Shown piece by piece: positions 15,392 through 25,200 of a stretch of DNA of 48,090 nucleotides. A program made the position numbers and the translations under genes. Location of the stretch: positions 1 through 48,090 of IMG/VR virus record IMGVR_UViG_3300020403_000020, one strand, 5' to 3'. Every line of letters starts with the position of its first letter. The stretch's first letter is position 1. Source of the stretch: a virus (Duplodnaviria > Caudoviricetes). The notes under the pieces were generated by a model, which made no database searches, had not been told where the DNA came from, and was given only the letters and a program-made list of their open reading frames with translations.

Positions 15392-16369
15392 ATGCCACCG
15401 CCAGACTTTCGGCGGCTGCTTGACGCCTCGTTCAATCTACAAACTAAAGCAACTGAAGATTTTGAAGAACTAGCGGAAGCATTGGCCGAGAACATCGGCA
15501 GGCGCATCGCTGCATCTTTGGGCGTAGATCCCGATACCGTATTTCCTGCGGATGGGTCTGACGGTCGAATGGTGGGGCGAACAAGATTCGAGCAATTACT
15601 ACAAGGCGTGACGGGCGACGAGGCAGTGCGGGCCGTTGTTCTGGCTAGTGGTCTCGAAGACATCGAAGATTTTGTGGCTCAGAGTGGCAGTATTGCCGCC
15701 AGGCGCGCGTTAACTGACGCCGTGGGCGATTTGGCAGGCTTGGCGGAAAGATCGCTTGTAGCGCAGGGGATCGCCGCCGAGGGTGCGCTTGATACTGTGG
15801 CAGCCGAAGCGCTTATTGGGTCATACATTACAAACACAATGGACGAATCGTTGCGCTCGACAATTGACAGGGCCGCAGCGGTGCGAATCAGGCAGGGCAT
15901 CATCGCCAACATCGGGCAAATGTCTATCGCAGAAATGGCTCAACAGATAGCACTTGAGCAAGACGCCAGCGTACCGCAGGCAACGACGGAAGCGCGCACA
16001 CAGCTGGCGGAGGCTGATAGGTTTGTCAATGAAACGGTACGAAAGTCTGTTGACCCAGAGGGCGAAAAGTTTTTGCTGGCATATCTTGGACCAGATGACA
16101 AGATCACGCGCCCATTTTGTGATCACCTCGTCAATAAGGCGTTTAAGCTGTCTGACTTTAATCAAGCCAGAAATGGGCAGACGGCGACGCATCCCAGAAT
16201 CAGCGGCGGCGGTTACAATTGCCGCCATGATGTACGCGCGGTCATTGATGATGATAAAGTTTTGTCCGACTTGCGCCTACAACGTGGTACACTTGCCGAC
16301 ATACAAGCGGCGAACGCAGCGGCCAAGTCAAAGCGCAAGAGGAAACGAAAGGGTAGGCGAAGAAGATGA
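15392..16369 (+). CDS. Head morphogenesis protein (Mu gpF / SPP1 gp7-like)
   Basis: YLGPDDKITRPFC...GGYNCRH signature; very basic C-terminal tail. Confidence 0.8.
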   Translation: MPPPDFRRLLDASFNLQTKATEDFEELAEALAENIGRRIAASLGVDPDTVFPADGSDGRMVGRTRFEQLLQGVTGDEAVRAVVLASGLEDIEDFVAQSGSIAARRALTDAVGDLAGLAERSLVAQGIAAEGALDTVAAEALIGSYITNTMDESLRSTIDRAAAVRIRQGIIANIGQMSIAEMAQQIALEQDASVPQATTEARTQLAEADRFVNETVRKSVDPEGEKFLLAYLGPDDKITRPFCDHLVNKAFKLSDFNQARNGQTATHPRISGGGYNCRHDVRAVIDDDKVLSDLRLQRGTLADIQAANAAAKSKRKRKRKGRRRR

Positions 16370-17367
16370 TATTTCAAGTTCAGATTGGGCAAGATACTGT
16401 TTTTCAATGGTCGCCCGCAAACCTGCCAGATCCCACCGCCGCGGTGAGTGTTTCGTTTTATGCTAATGGGATCACGCTAAACAGGACGCTTAGCGCGTCC
16501 AGCTCGCAAGCCTTCACTGGCGTTCCAGATAGGTATCGCATTAGCATGGGCGCCCTAGCGTCTAGCGCCTTCGCTGGTCTCGTTGGCAGCACTGGTACGG
16601 GCGGATGGTATATGCACGCGGAAGGCTTCGGCCAATTCCCTATCCGCATCAGCCATTTTGACGATGCAAATGATGAGTTAATATTGGCAGAGCCTTTACC
16701 TGTAGGAATCCCAACGGGGTCAAGTGGTACAGTGTACCACAATGTATGGCGCTGTAGTGTTTTGTCTGACAGCCTAGGCACGGCCGTTGATCGCGCTGGA
16801 TATTATCAAATCAACTATCAGGTTGACGATGACCCAGGCGCGGCAAACACAATCGTGCGCTTCAAGTCAGAGCGCGGACGTGTGCGCGTTATCCGTAGCA
16901 GGTTCGACACTGGTTTAACGTCTTATGATTTGACCACACTTGTGCCACAGTTGGACGCAACGAAGCCAGCAAGCCGAGAAGGGTGGCAGCCATACATTGA
17001 GAGGTATGACATCATTGGCGACATTGAGGCCCATTTGCCGTCTAATCGTTTCGCGGATATGGCGCTGGGTGAGCAGTTCAAACGAGCGCACGCTTTGGCA
17101 GTGGCGGCTTCATTGGCGGAGATTGGGTATGCTCCAAACGTTGACCCCGAAAAGATGCGTGCAGCGGCGGAGGCAGAGCTTAAGCGGCAAATTGCTCGCA
17201 TACACTGGTTTGATTCTGATGACGACGGGCAGATAGATGATGATGAAAAGCTGGTAAGCCCCGAAAGGCTTGTATCGATTACTCGCTCAAGTAATACTAG
17301 CACAGAGCGAGATTATAACGACGGAAAGAGATTTCGGCCAGTCTTAAACAATCAAGACGACAGGTGA
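16366..17367 (+). CDS. Putative head-tail adaptor / structural protein
   Basis: Position; helical C-terminal region with a DSDDDGQID calcium-loop-like motif. Confidence 0.55.
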   Translation: MIFQVQIGQDTVFQWSPANLPDPTAAVSVSFYANGITLNRTLSASSSQAFTGVPDRYRISMGALASSAFAGLVGSTGTGGWYMHAEGFGQFPIRISHFDDANDELILAEPLPVGIPTGSSGTVYHNVWRCSVLSDSLGTAVDRAGYYQINYQVDDDPGAANTIVRFKSERGRVRVIRSRFDTGLTSYDLTTLVPQLDATKPASREGWQPYIERYDIIGDIEAHLPSNRFADMALGEQFKRAHALAVAASLAEIGYAPNVDPEKMRAAAEAELKRQIARIHWFDSDDDGQIDDDEKLVSPERLVSITRSSNTSTERDYNDGKRFRPVLNNQDDR

Positions 17368-17371
17368 AGCC

Positions 17372-17749
17372 GTGCAGATTATTCGCGATTTACAAGTCAC
17401 CGCAATGGCGCACGCTGTTGTCAACTTTACGGCCACCGAATGGACCGAGCTAGATCTGGCAACGGTCGGCCCAAACCTCACCGAAGGGCAGCCGGGTGAG
17501 GACGTGCAGAGCATTTTGATCCAAAACAAGTCAAGCAGCTCTTCGCCTGTTCATTTTGTATTTAAGCAAAATCCAGGCGTGAACACTTCGGCAAGCCATG
17601 GGTTTGAAATAGAGATTGGCGGTGTGCTGCAAGAGGGCACAGTGAAGAACATTAGGTATCTTTCCCTACGTGGCGCCACTGGGAGCGGTACATGCAAGAT
17701 CATTCTGCGGAGCTATAGGACAGCGGAAAAAGCGCCGTGGGATAACTGA
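17372..17749 (+). CDS. Hypothetical structural protein
   Basis: Beta-rich 125-aa ORF in the structural operon; GTG start with AGGTG RBS. Confidence 0.65.
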   Translation: MQIIRDLQVTAMAHAVVNFTATEWTELDLATVGPNLTEGQPGEDVQSILIQNKSSSSSPVHFVFKQNPGVNTSASHGFEIEIGGVLQEGTVKNIRYLSLRGATGSGTCKIILRSYRTAEKAPWDN

Positions 17750-17763
17750 CAACGGAGGGCAGT

Positions 17764-18219
17764 ATGGTCAGGGGCAGCTATTCACCCCCGATACAGGTTA
17801 CGACTGGAAGTATCCAGGGGCGTGATTCAGATGGTGATACAGGCTTAACAATCGCAGAGGGCGAGGCCGGGCTGCGTGCCGATGGTGCGCAGCAGCTGAC
17901 GGCGACCACCGAGGGCGTCACCATGCGCGTGCCCGTGCAGACGGTCACGGCTTCTGATAGCCCGTTCACAATTGCTCTTGATGATTTTCTTGTGCTCGTA
18001 GATAGCAGCGCAGGGCCTGTAAATATTTCTTTGCCTTCGGCAGTGACGGCAGCGAATCGGCGCTATATAATAAAAGACAAGGGATCAGCAGGCACGAACA
18101 ATGTGACCGTGGGCGCTTCAGTGGGAAACGTTGACGGTCTATCGTCGGTAACCATAGAGAACTCTTACGCATTCTTCTCTTTGGTTTCAGACGGCTCGAA
18201 TTATTGGGTGGTAGATTAG
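17764..18219 (+). CDS. Small fibre-like structural protein
   Basis: C-terminal VLVDSSAGPVNISLPSA...YIIKD...LVSDGSNYWVV module of the type seen at phage fibre tips. Confidence 0.65.
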   Translation: MVRGSYSPPIQVTTGSIQGRDSDGDTGLTIAEGEAGLRADGAQQLTATTEGVTMRVPVQTVTASDSPFTIALDDFLVLVDSSAGPVNISLPSAVTAANRRYIIKDKGSAGTNNVTVGASVGNVDGLSSVTIENSYAFFSLVSDGSNYWVVD

Positions 18220-18280
18220 GCTACAGCCGATTTTCTCGCGCGGCTGTGGTCATTAGTAACAGCGAGACGTGGAGAAAAAC

Positions 18281-21205
18281 ATGGCCCAGGGAATTTTCCT
18301 ACATGAATATAATACAGGCGGAAAGCTCTATGACGGAGCGGTTTCCGTTGCCAACAACAAGCTGGCGAATCGTCAATATGTAATTGACAATGCGGCCCTA
18401 CAGTCAAACAACCTTAGCGACCTGGACAGCGCAGAAACGGCACGAACCAATCTTGGTGTCGCAATCGGCTCCGATGTGCAGGCATTTTCCGCACGTCTCG
18501 GAGAGTTGGCTGCCCTTTCTCAAAGTGATGGATCTTTTGTGGTCTCTGATGGTTCCAGTTTTGTCTTTGAATCTGGCGCAACGGCAAGAGCATCGCTTGG
18601 CCTAACCATCGGCACCCATGTGCAGGCGTTTGATGCGCAGCTCTCAGACGTTGCTGGGCTCACGCCAAGTGATGGAAATTTTATCGTTGGTGATGGCTCC
18701 AACTTTGTCGCGGAGTCTGGCTCGACCGCGCGGGCGTCTCTTGGCTTAACAATCGGGTCCGATGTTCAGGCATACGACGCGGAGCTGGCGGCTCTTGCTG
18801 GTTTAACGTCAGCGGCCAATAAGCTGCCAATGTTCAGCGGTAGCGGCACTGCAACACTCATTGATTTCGTTGACGAAGACGACATGGCCAGCAACAGCGC
18901 CACCGCAGTACCATCACAGCAGTCTGTCAAGGCGTATGTGGACGGCGTTAAGCAGGGGCTCGACATTAAGGACTCCGTGCGAGTTGCAACGACGGCAGCG
19001 GGCACTCTTTCCAGCGCATTCGCTAATGGTCAGACTGTAGACGGTGTGAGCCTAGCCACAGGTGACCGTATCTTGATCAAGGATCAAACCGATGCAACCG
19101 AGAACGGTGTATATACTGTTAATGCAAGCGGTGCCCCGACTCGCGCAACTGACTTTGATAGCTCTGCGGACGTCACCGCGGGCGCTTTTGTTTTCGTTGC
19201 CGAAGGTACAGCCAACGCGGATTCTGGTTTTGTTTTAACGACAAATGACGGCACGGGCGACATTGATCCCGACACGTCGAGCAGATACACAGGGTTTGAT
19301 CCTGTCTTCGGCTCAGCCACGACCTTAACTGGAATGACGCTTTCAAGCGCTACTCTTAACGCGTCGTCCAACAGCGTGTCATATTCTGCGGGAAATGATG
19401 CTGTAACTTTGCCAGCAAATGGCGTGATCATTTTCTCGGATGGCTCGGATACGATTGCCTTCAGGCTACAAAATAGCAGCCAGAGCATTAACAGCGGGAG
19501 CGGGTCCATTAGCTTCGCGAATGGCGCCACCGTTGACACAAAGGCTGAATCGTCAGTTACCAGCATGGCAACGTCGGACATCACTGGGATCACATTTAAA
19601 TCCTTAACGTCCGAAGGTTTTCACCGCAAAGTAAGTGGAAATCAAATCGACGAATCGACAACAAGCATTGCTTTCGGTGGTGCAGCCAGTTGGCCTGGCG
19701 GAACGGTTCCGTCTGGAAAGTATATTGAGTTCAAAGATGGCGGCAGCACGTTCTACTACAGAACAACAGCTGAATTGTCGAATGGTGACTTTTTTGTCTC
19801 TGTTGTAGCAGATACCGACGCATCATCAAGCACAACCTATAGTAACCTGTTTCCAGGACATCCTACACAGACTAACTTTTTTAATTCGCAGGGTAGTGCA
19901 GCAATCAGCCCAGGCACAACCGAGTTGGCTTTCACCCAGTTCAGCGGTGCGGGGCAAATTACGGCAGGCACTGGTCTTGTGAAGAGCGGCAACACCATTA
20001 GCGCAACGGGTGGACTCGCAGACATTGCGGGACTAGCAAAGACGGACGGTGGCATCATTGTTGGTGACGGTTCCAACTTTGTTTTGGAAAGTGGATCAAC
20101 CGCGCGAGCATCATTGGGCGCGCAGGCTTCGCATGCTCGACTTGATGACATCAGCGGGCTTGCTGTAACCGACGGTGGCATCATTGTTGGTGATGGCTCC
20201 AACTTCGTGCTGGAAAGCGGTGCAACGGCCCGCGCGTCTCTTGGTGTTGCGATCGGTTCAGATGTGCAGGCGTATGATGCTCAGCTCGACACATTGTCTG
20301 GATTCACCGCTGCACAGGTGACGCGAGGCATTGCCGACGATAACCTGTTGACGGTTGACGACGCTGATGCAGCCGACAACGACTACGCCAAGTTTACCGC
20401 TAACGGTATCGAAGGCCGTAGCTTCAGTGAAGTAAGGACTGATCTTGGTCTTGTGATTGGTACAGACGTGCAAGCATACGACGCACAGCTGGACACCCTT
20501 TCAGGCTTTACTGCCGCACAGGTGACACGAGGCATCGCAGACGACAACCTGATTACCGCGGATTGTGCATCGCACGCGATTGCAAGCGGAGATTTTGCGC
20601 GGTTCACAGCGGATGGTGTTGAGGGCCGTGAAGCGTCACAGGTTAGATCTGACCTGTCTCTTGTTCCTGGTACGGACGTGCAAGCATACGACGCGGAGCT
20701 GGCAGCCATCGCTGGACTCACCAGCGCAGCAGACAAGGGCATCATGTTTAACGGTAGCGCAAGCGCGACAACCTTCGACTTGACGGCGGCGGGTCGTGCG
20801 TTGCTTGATGATGCCGACGCAGCAGCCATGCGCTCAACGCTTGGGCTTGTTATCGGTACTGATGTTGCGGCAGCTGACTCTACCGAGTTGAGTGTCACAA
20901 CCAGCGAGCCATCAAGCATCGCAATCGGTGACGTGGGCGGTATGTTTGTCTATGATCTTTCTGGATCATCTTCACACACTGTATCGTTGCCAAGCACGGC
21001 CACATCTGGATGCCTTGGCAAGTCCATCATCTTCAAGGTTAAGAGCACCGTTAACTCACAGACGTTGACAATCAACCCAGCGTCTAATCAGACCATAGAG
21101 GGTGAGTCATCAATCGTCTTAAACCAAGAGCGTCAATCAATCCGCCTCGTAATCTCGGAAGAGTACAGCAGCGGATCAGGCGTTCAGTGCTGGGTGGCTG
21201 TATAA
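18281..21205 (+). CDS. Long repetitive fibre protein (head or tail fibre)
   Basis: Repeats IVGDGSNFVLESGxTARASLG and DVQAYDA(Q/E)L; gpH-like KAYVD...DIKDSVRVATT...GDRILIKDQT...NGVY; C-terminal TVSLP...FK module. Confidence 0.8.
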   Translation: MAQGIFLHEYNTGGKLYDGAVSVANNKLANRQYVIDNAALQSNNLSDLDSAETARTNLGVAIGSDVQAFSARLGELAALSQSDGSFVVSDGSSFVFESGATARASLGLTIGTHVQAFDAQLSDVAGLTPSDGNFIVGDGSNFVAESGSTARASLGLTIGSDVQAYDAELAALAGLTSAANKLPMFSGSGTATLIDFVDEDDMASNSATAVPSQQSVKAYVDGVKQGLDIKDSVRVATTAAGTLSSAFANGQTVDGVSLATGDRILIKDQTDATENGVYTVNASGAPTRATDFDSSADVTAGAFVFVAEGTANADSGFVLTTNDGTGDIDPDTSSRYTGFDPVFGSATTLTGMTLSSATLNASSNSVSYSAGNDAVTLPANGVIIFSDGSDTIAFRLQNSSQSINSGSGSISFANGATVDTKAESSVTSMATSDITGITFKSLTSEGFHRKVSGNQIDESTTSIAFGGAASWPGGTVPSGKYIEFKDGGSTFYYRTTAELSNGDFFVSVVADTDASSSTTYSNLFPGHPTQTNFFNSQGSAAISPGTTELAFTQFSGAGQITAGTGLVKSGNTISATGGLADIAGLAKTDGGIIVGDGSNFVLESGSTARASLGAQASHARLDDISGLAVTDGGIIVGDGSNFVLESGATARASLGVAIGSDVQAYDAQLDTLSGFTAAQVTRGIADDNLLTVDDADAADNDYAKFTANGIEGRSFSEVRTDLGLVIGTDVQAYDAQLDTLSGFTAAQVTRGIADDNLITADCASHAIASGDFARFTADGVEGREASQVRSDLSLVPGTDVQAYDAELAAIAGLTSAADKGIMFNGSASATTFDLTAAGRALLDDADAAAMRSTLGLVIGTDVAAADSTELSVTTSEPSSIAIGDVGGMFVYDLSGSSSHTVSLPSTATSGCLGKSIIFKVKSTVNSQTLTINPASNQTIEGESSIVLNQERQSIRLVISEEYSSGSGVQCWVAV

Positions 21206-21212
21206 GTTAAAC

Positions 21213-21234
21213 GACCCCCACGCCCGTGGGGGTC
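21213..21234. terminator. Hairpin between convergent genes (probable bidirectional terminator)
   Basis: GACCCCCAC-GCCC-GTGGGGGTC between the fibre stop and the ERF stop. Confidence 0.65.
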
Positions 21235-21245
21235 TGCCCTCCTAC

Positions 21246-22016
21246 CTAGAAAGGGGCCGCGTCATCGTGCGCGGCCTCATTTTCCAACGAGTCAATCAAT
21301 GCACACATGGCCACAAGGTCAACGCATTCGTCCATCTTGCCTACGTTGCGCATAGACTCAGTGGTGGTCTTGCTCCAGGTTCGCCCCTCAAGCGGTCCGA
21401 GCTTACCCAAAAGATTCTCAATCCTTGATCGAGTTATCGACAAAACCATGTCATGCTCCAACCCCTCACTTTCAACCTTATCGGCCAAGCCTTGCAGGGT
21501 CTTCGTCATCTGTGGCAACTCGCTCCACCCCATCACCGACTGGAGAGCGTTGGCTGGCACGCTTGGGTACTGTTGAGGCGCCGAGTTTTTAGGTTTGCGG
21601 GCATTTCGTGGGTGCTGGGTGCCCTTGCCTGCGCTGGCTCCGTCGTCGTCCTCTGGCGCGATTCCTAGCAGTGCCTGGAACGAATATCTGCGGGCGTAAG
21701 TATATGCAGAGCCAAACGCCTGCGCATCGCTCATCTTTTTATCTGCCTTAAAGAACACAGGGCACTCGGTTTCAATCCATTCGCCACTTGCATGGGTTAA
21801 CCGTGTCACGCAAAACCATCCGCCGTCTGTCATGGTTACACCTTGAAAGACCGCCAGCCCGTTTTCACTGATAGCATCGCGGGCGCTGTTCATGACCGCA
21901 TCGAGTGGCGCATACTTGTAGTTGTACGCTTTTGTGTTTTTGTGCACAGGCTGAACGGCACTTTGCGCTTTTGATAGTGCGTCAAATATCGCCCCAACTG
22001 TTTCCGATGTCCTCAT
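21246..22016 (-). CDS. ERF-family single-strand annealing protein
   Basis: ALSKAQ...YKYAPLD...TRLTHASGEWIE...QAFGSAYTYARRYS...EDDDG; start ATG 22016 with AACGGAG RBS. Confidence 0.9.
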   Translation of the reverse strand: MRTSETVGAIFDALSKAQSAVQPVHKNTKAYNYKYAPLDAVMNSARDAISENGLAVFQGVTMTDGGWFCVTRLTHASGEWIETECPVFFKADKKMSDAQAFGSAYTYARRYSFQALLGIAPEDDDGASAGKGTQHPRNARKPKNSAPQQYPSVPANALQSVMGWSELPQMTKTLQGLADKVESEGLEHDMVLSITRSRIENLLGKLGPLEGRTWSKTTTESMRNVGKMDECVDLVAMCALIDSLENEAAHDDAAPF

Positions 22017-22079
22017 CTTTTCTCTCCGTTTTCTTTGCGCCATCTTCGGGTGACGCGTTCCCGCTTTATGGTATAATAG

Positions 22080-22161
22080 GGGTGAGGTTTTAAACCTCGC
22101 CCGTTCGCGATTGGGTGCGGACATCTAGCGCCGCTGTCCTCGCTAGGTGTCCGCTATTTTT
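22080..22161 (+). ncRNA. Candidate small RNA: two hairpins and a U tract, antisense to the ERF leader
   Basis: TGnTATAAT at 22069-22077; stems 22080-22102 and 22117-22154, each with a G-U pair valid only on the + strand; ends TATTTTT. Confidence 0.5.
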
Positions 22162-22172
22162 CAATACCATAC

Positions 22173-22190
22173 TTTTTCCGAGCGGAAAAA
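22173..22190. promoter_or_regulatory. Palindromic operator-like site TTTTTCCG-AG-CGGAAAAA
   Basis: The same site occurs at 43579-43594 and, with one mismatch, at 43430-43445. Confidence 0.65.
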
Positions 22191-22213
22191 CAAAAATCGA
22201 GAGATAATGCGGC

Positions 22214-25200
22214 ATGGTTGATTTAACTAAACTGAGGCAGAAAGATCGCCGGCCTTGCTACGTGTTGAGGATTGCGGGCGTGCCCGTTCTCTATGGCACA
22301 CACATGCCGCCAGCGTTATCGACTAACGGAATCACGCACGCCAGGCGCGCGTCAATCATTGCCAACGATATTTCATTCAGTAGGCGCCATGATGAAAACG
22401 CGCGCGTGGTTGAGGTGTCAAATCTTGAAATCGTTTTGAGCTCTGACGAGCAGTACACCTCCGACCAGTATGATCCTGGAAAGATATTTGGTCGGATTGG
22501 CTTTCAGGGCGCGGACTCCTTCACAAGGATCACGGCAAACGTGGATCCCACCGACGTCTCACTTACGGTTCAAGACAATTCTGGGTTTGCGGCAGCCGAC
22601 ACAATACACGTCGGACAAGAAACCATGACGGTCACAAACATTATAAGCACGGACACCATAAGGGTGTCTCGCGGCATCCTTGGTACGTTTCCGAGGTTTC
22701 ACCGTGTAGACGGCGCGAGCGGCTCCTTTCCCTATGTGACCAAGCCGTTGACGTATTTCCGTGGTCGCCGCGTGGTTGTTTATGAGGGGCGCGTGAATGA
22801 TGATGGCAGTGTTTCGGATAGTTTAGACGACTATGCTGAAGTTTTCCGCGGGTTCCTAGCGTCTGAACCAGCCGTGGCAGTCAGCGGTCAGAGTCATGAG
22901 GTCACGCTTGAGATTGCGCCTTTGACGGCCGTTTTGGATAAGCCTTTGCCTGCCTCAACTCTCAAGACGAATTTGCACCCTATCCTCCACGCATTTGATG
23001 GTACCATTGCGAATAAGATTGCGGTTCACTCGTTTCATCAGACGGGGCAAATGTGGCGATCAAATTGTGAAATTCAGCTAAACTCAAGCGGGACAGAATT
23101 TCAGTACCTCAATCGCGAAGGCGCAGCAGCTGATATTGACAATCGCTTCGACAACGACATTTCTGAGTTTCATCCAAGAGGCATGGCGATAAGGTGTGAT
23201 TTTACGACACGAAATAAGGTCTTGTTTTTAGGTCCAGACAGCATAAGCACAGACCCGGTTAGTGGACACCTAATGATTCACAACCTTTATGTGCAGTCAA
23301 CAGTCACCGATGTCTTGAACCAAACAGGCGGCGGGGCAAATATCACTGGCGCCTTTGTTGAGTTAAAAAGCCGTGGAGGGTTCGAGACAAAAATTGTACG
23401 CATATCTATTTTGGGCACAAGGTCAAGCGCACATGTGGCAAACTGGCGCCATTTGCTTGGCGAAAGATTCAACTCTGCTCTGACGACTGGCACACATTTG
23501 GGGCTTTCTGGCTTTCACTTTGATGTCGGGCTAGACGTCAGCGTGGGCGAGATATTTATAAGTCCGAACTTTAGCGCCCGTGGAGTAGGAAGCAAGCCAG
23601 CGGCACAGTTTGTACTTTCCAATAGCATTTCAAAAGCTAGGAGCGCCATTCAAGACAGCGGTATGTTTCCTGACATGTTCGTTGTACTTCGGGAGGTCAT
23701 CGGGCGACAGGCGCAGAGCGATGTTGATACCAACGCGCCACATGATTCATCAAATGTAGGATACCGAACCATCCTTGAAAACCTACCTTTTATTGTGGGC
23801 GCCACACAAAACGAGTTTCTACCCTCGTCGGTGCTAAGGCTTGACGACGAAGACGGCAACGCTAGAGTCTTTCACATGGAAGCGGAGCGGCTTATCGTGA
23901 CCGACGGCGGAACAAGCGTACATGCGCCACTCTGTGATGCATACATACACATAGGCAACGTGTTCAACGGGCCAGGCGAAAATGTGCCCTTGTCATCGTG
24001 TGAGCGGTTTGTGGTTTTCGAGGATTCGCTTGGAGTGGCGAGCGGAACCAGTGCTGATGTTCTAATTTCTCAAGATGACGAAGCTGTGGCGATGCTAAGG
24101 GTGTCGAATGAGACGAGCGTGTCATCTGACGGATTCACGGGGTTCCAGTATCAAGTTGATCAGGTAACCAAATATAAAGACATTGAAACCATCGCAGATG
24201 TTCCAGGAGAGAAGCGCCACACAGTCACCCCAACCATACGCCCATCAGATGAAAGCATAGGTCAGCTATTAGTGAGGCTGCTTGTAAGCGCAGACGGCGA
24301 CAGCAAGACATCAAGCACTCACGATACGATGGTTTTCGGTGCTGGGCTGTCTGATGGAACGGGGCATGCCGATACGTTCGGGGCGGATATTGATGTTGAT
24401 TCGTTTTTAGCGATTCCAAACCCAATTGCAGCGGAGGTTTTTGGACCAATCTACAAAGAAGGCGACACACTGCTCGAAACGGTAGAAGGGCTTTTGCTTG
24501 CCGTGGGTTACACTGTAGACATTTCAACGAACAGCCTCGGCAAATGCAAGCTGAGGGCCGTAGAGTTAACCTTGCCGCTTGAGTCTGATGTGTCCCAGAC
24601 TTTCACCACCGCAGAAATAGCACAAAAGCCAACGCCAAGCAGTAGCGCCGAGCTGTCCATAAAAAACGTCTTCAAGTTCACTGCAAACTACAATCACGAA
24701 GGTGATGCAGATGTCGAAGTGACGGTGCGCGACCAGGTCAGCATTGATTTGTTTAAAGAGGCGCAAGATTTATCTGTAGACCTAAAAGGCATCAAGCTCA
24801 ACACTACAACGCCAGGTGATGCGGTTCATGATCTGCGCCCGCTTTTTTCAAAGCTCAGATTGGAAAACTCTTTTCCGAGGCGCGTCTTTACGTTTGATGT
24901 TCCGACGAGCCTGCTACAATCTTTGGCGCTTGGTGATACATGCACAGTGACCCATCCACTACTTAGAAGCACATCGGGTCTGGGCGTTACAACCGAGCCC
25001 GCGCGCGTGCGCTCTATTGAATATGATGGATATTCGCCCACTGGATCGATTGAGCTGGTGGCCTATGGAACGGTCGGGCAGTCGTGGAACATGGCGGCCA
25101 ATATTATCTCGATAGTGGCTGGATCTGGCTCTCTTGCAGTCAACGTGTCAGCTAATGAGCACAGCCCGACAGCTCGACCCAGTGACGGGTCAGCCATTGA

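Noticed and set aside
18281-21205. Fibre repeats as the template/variable repeats of a diversity-generating retroelement
   Set aside because: No reverse transcriptase; repeat differences are mostly synonymous and not adenine-specific
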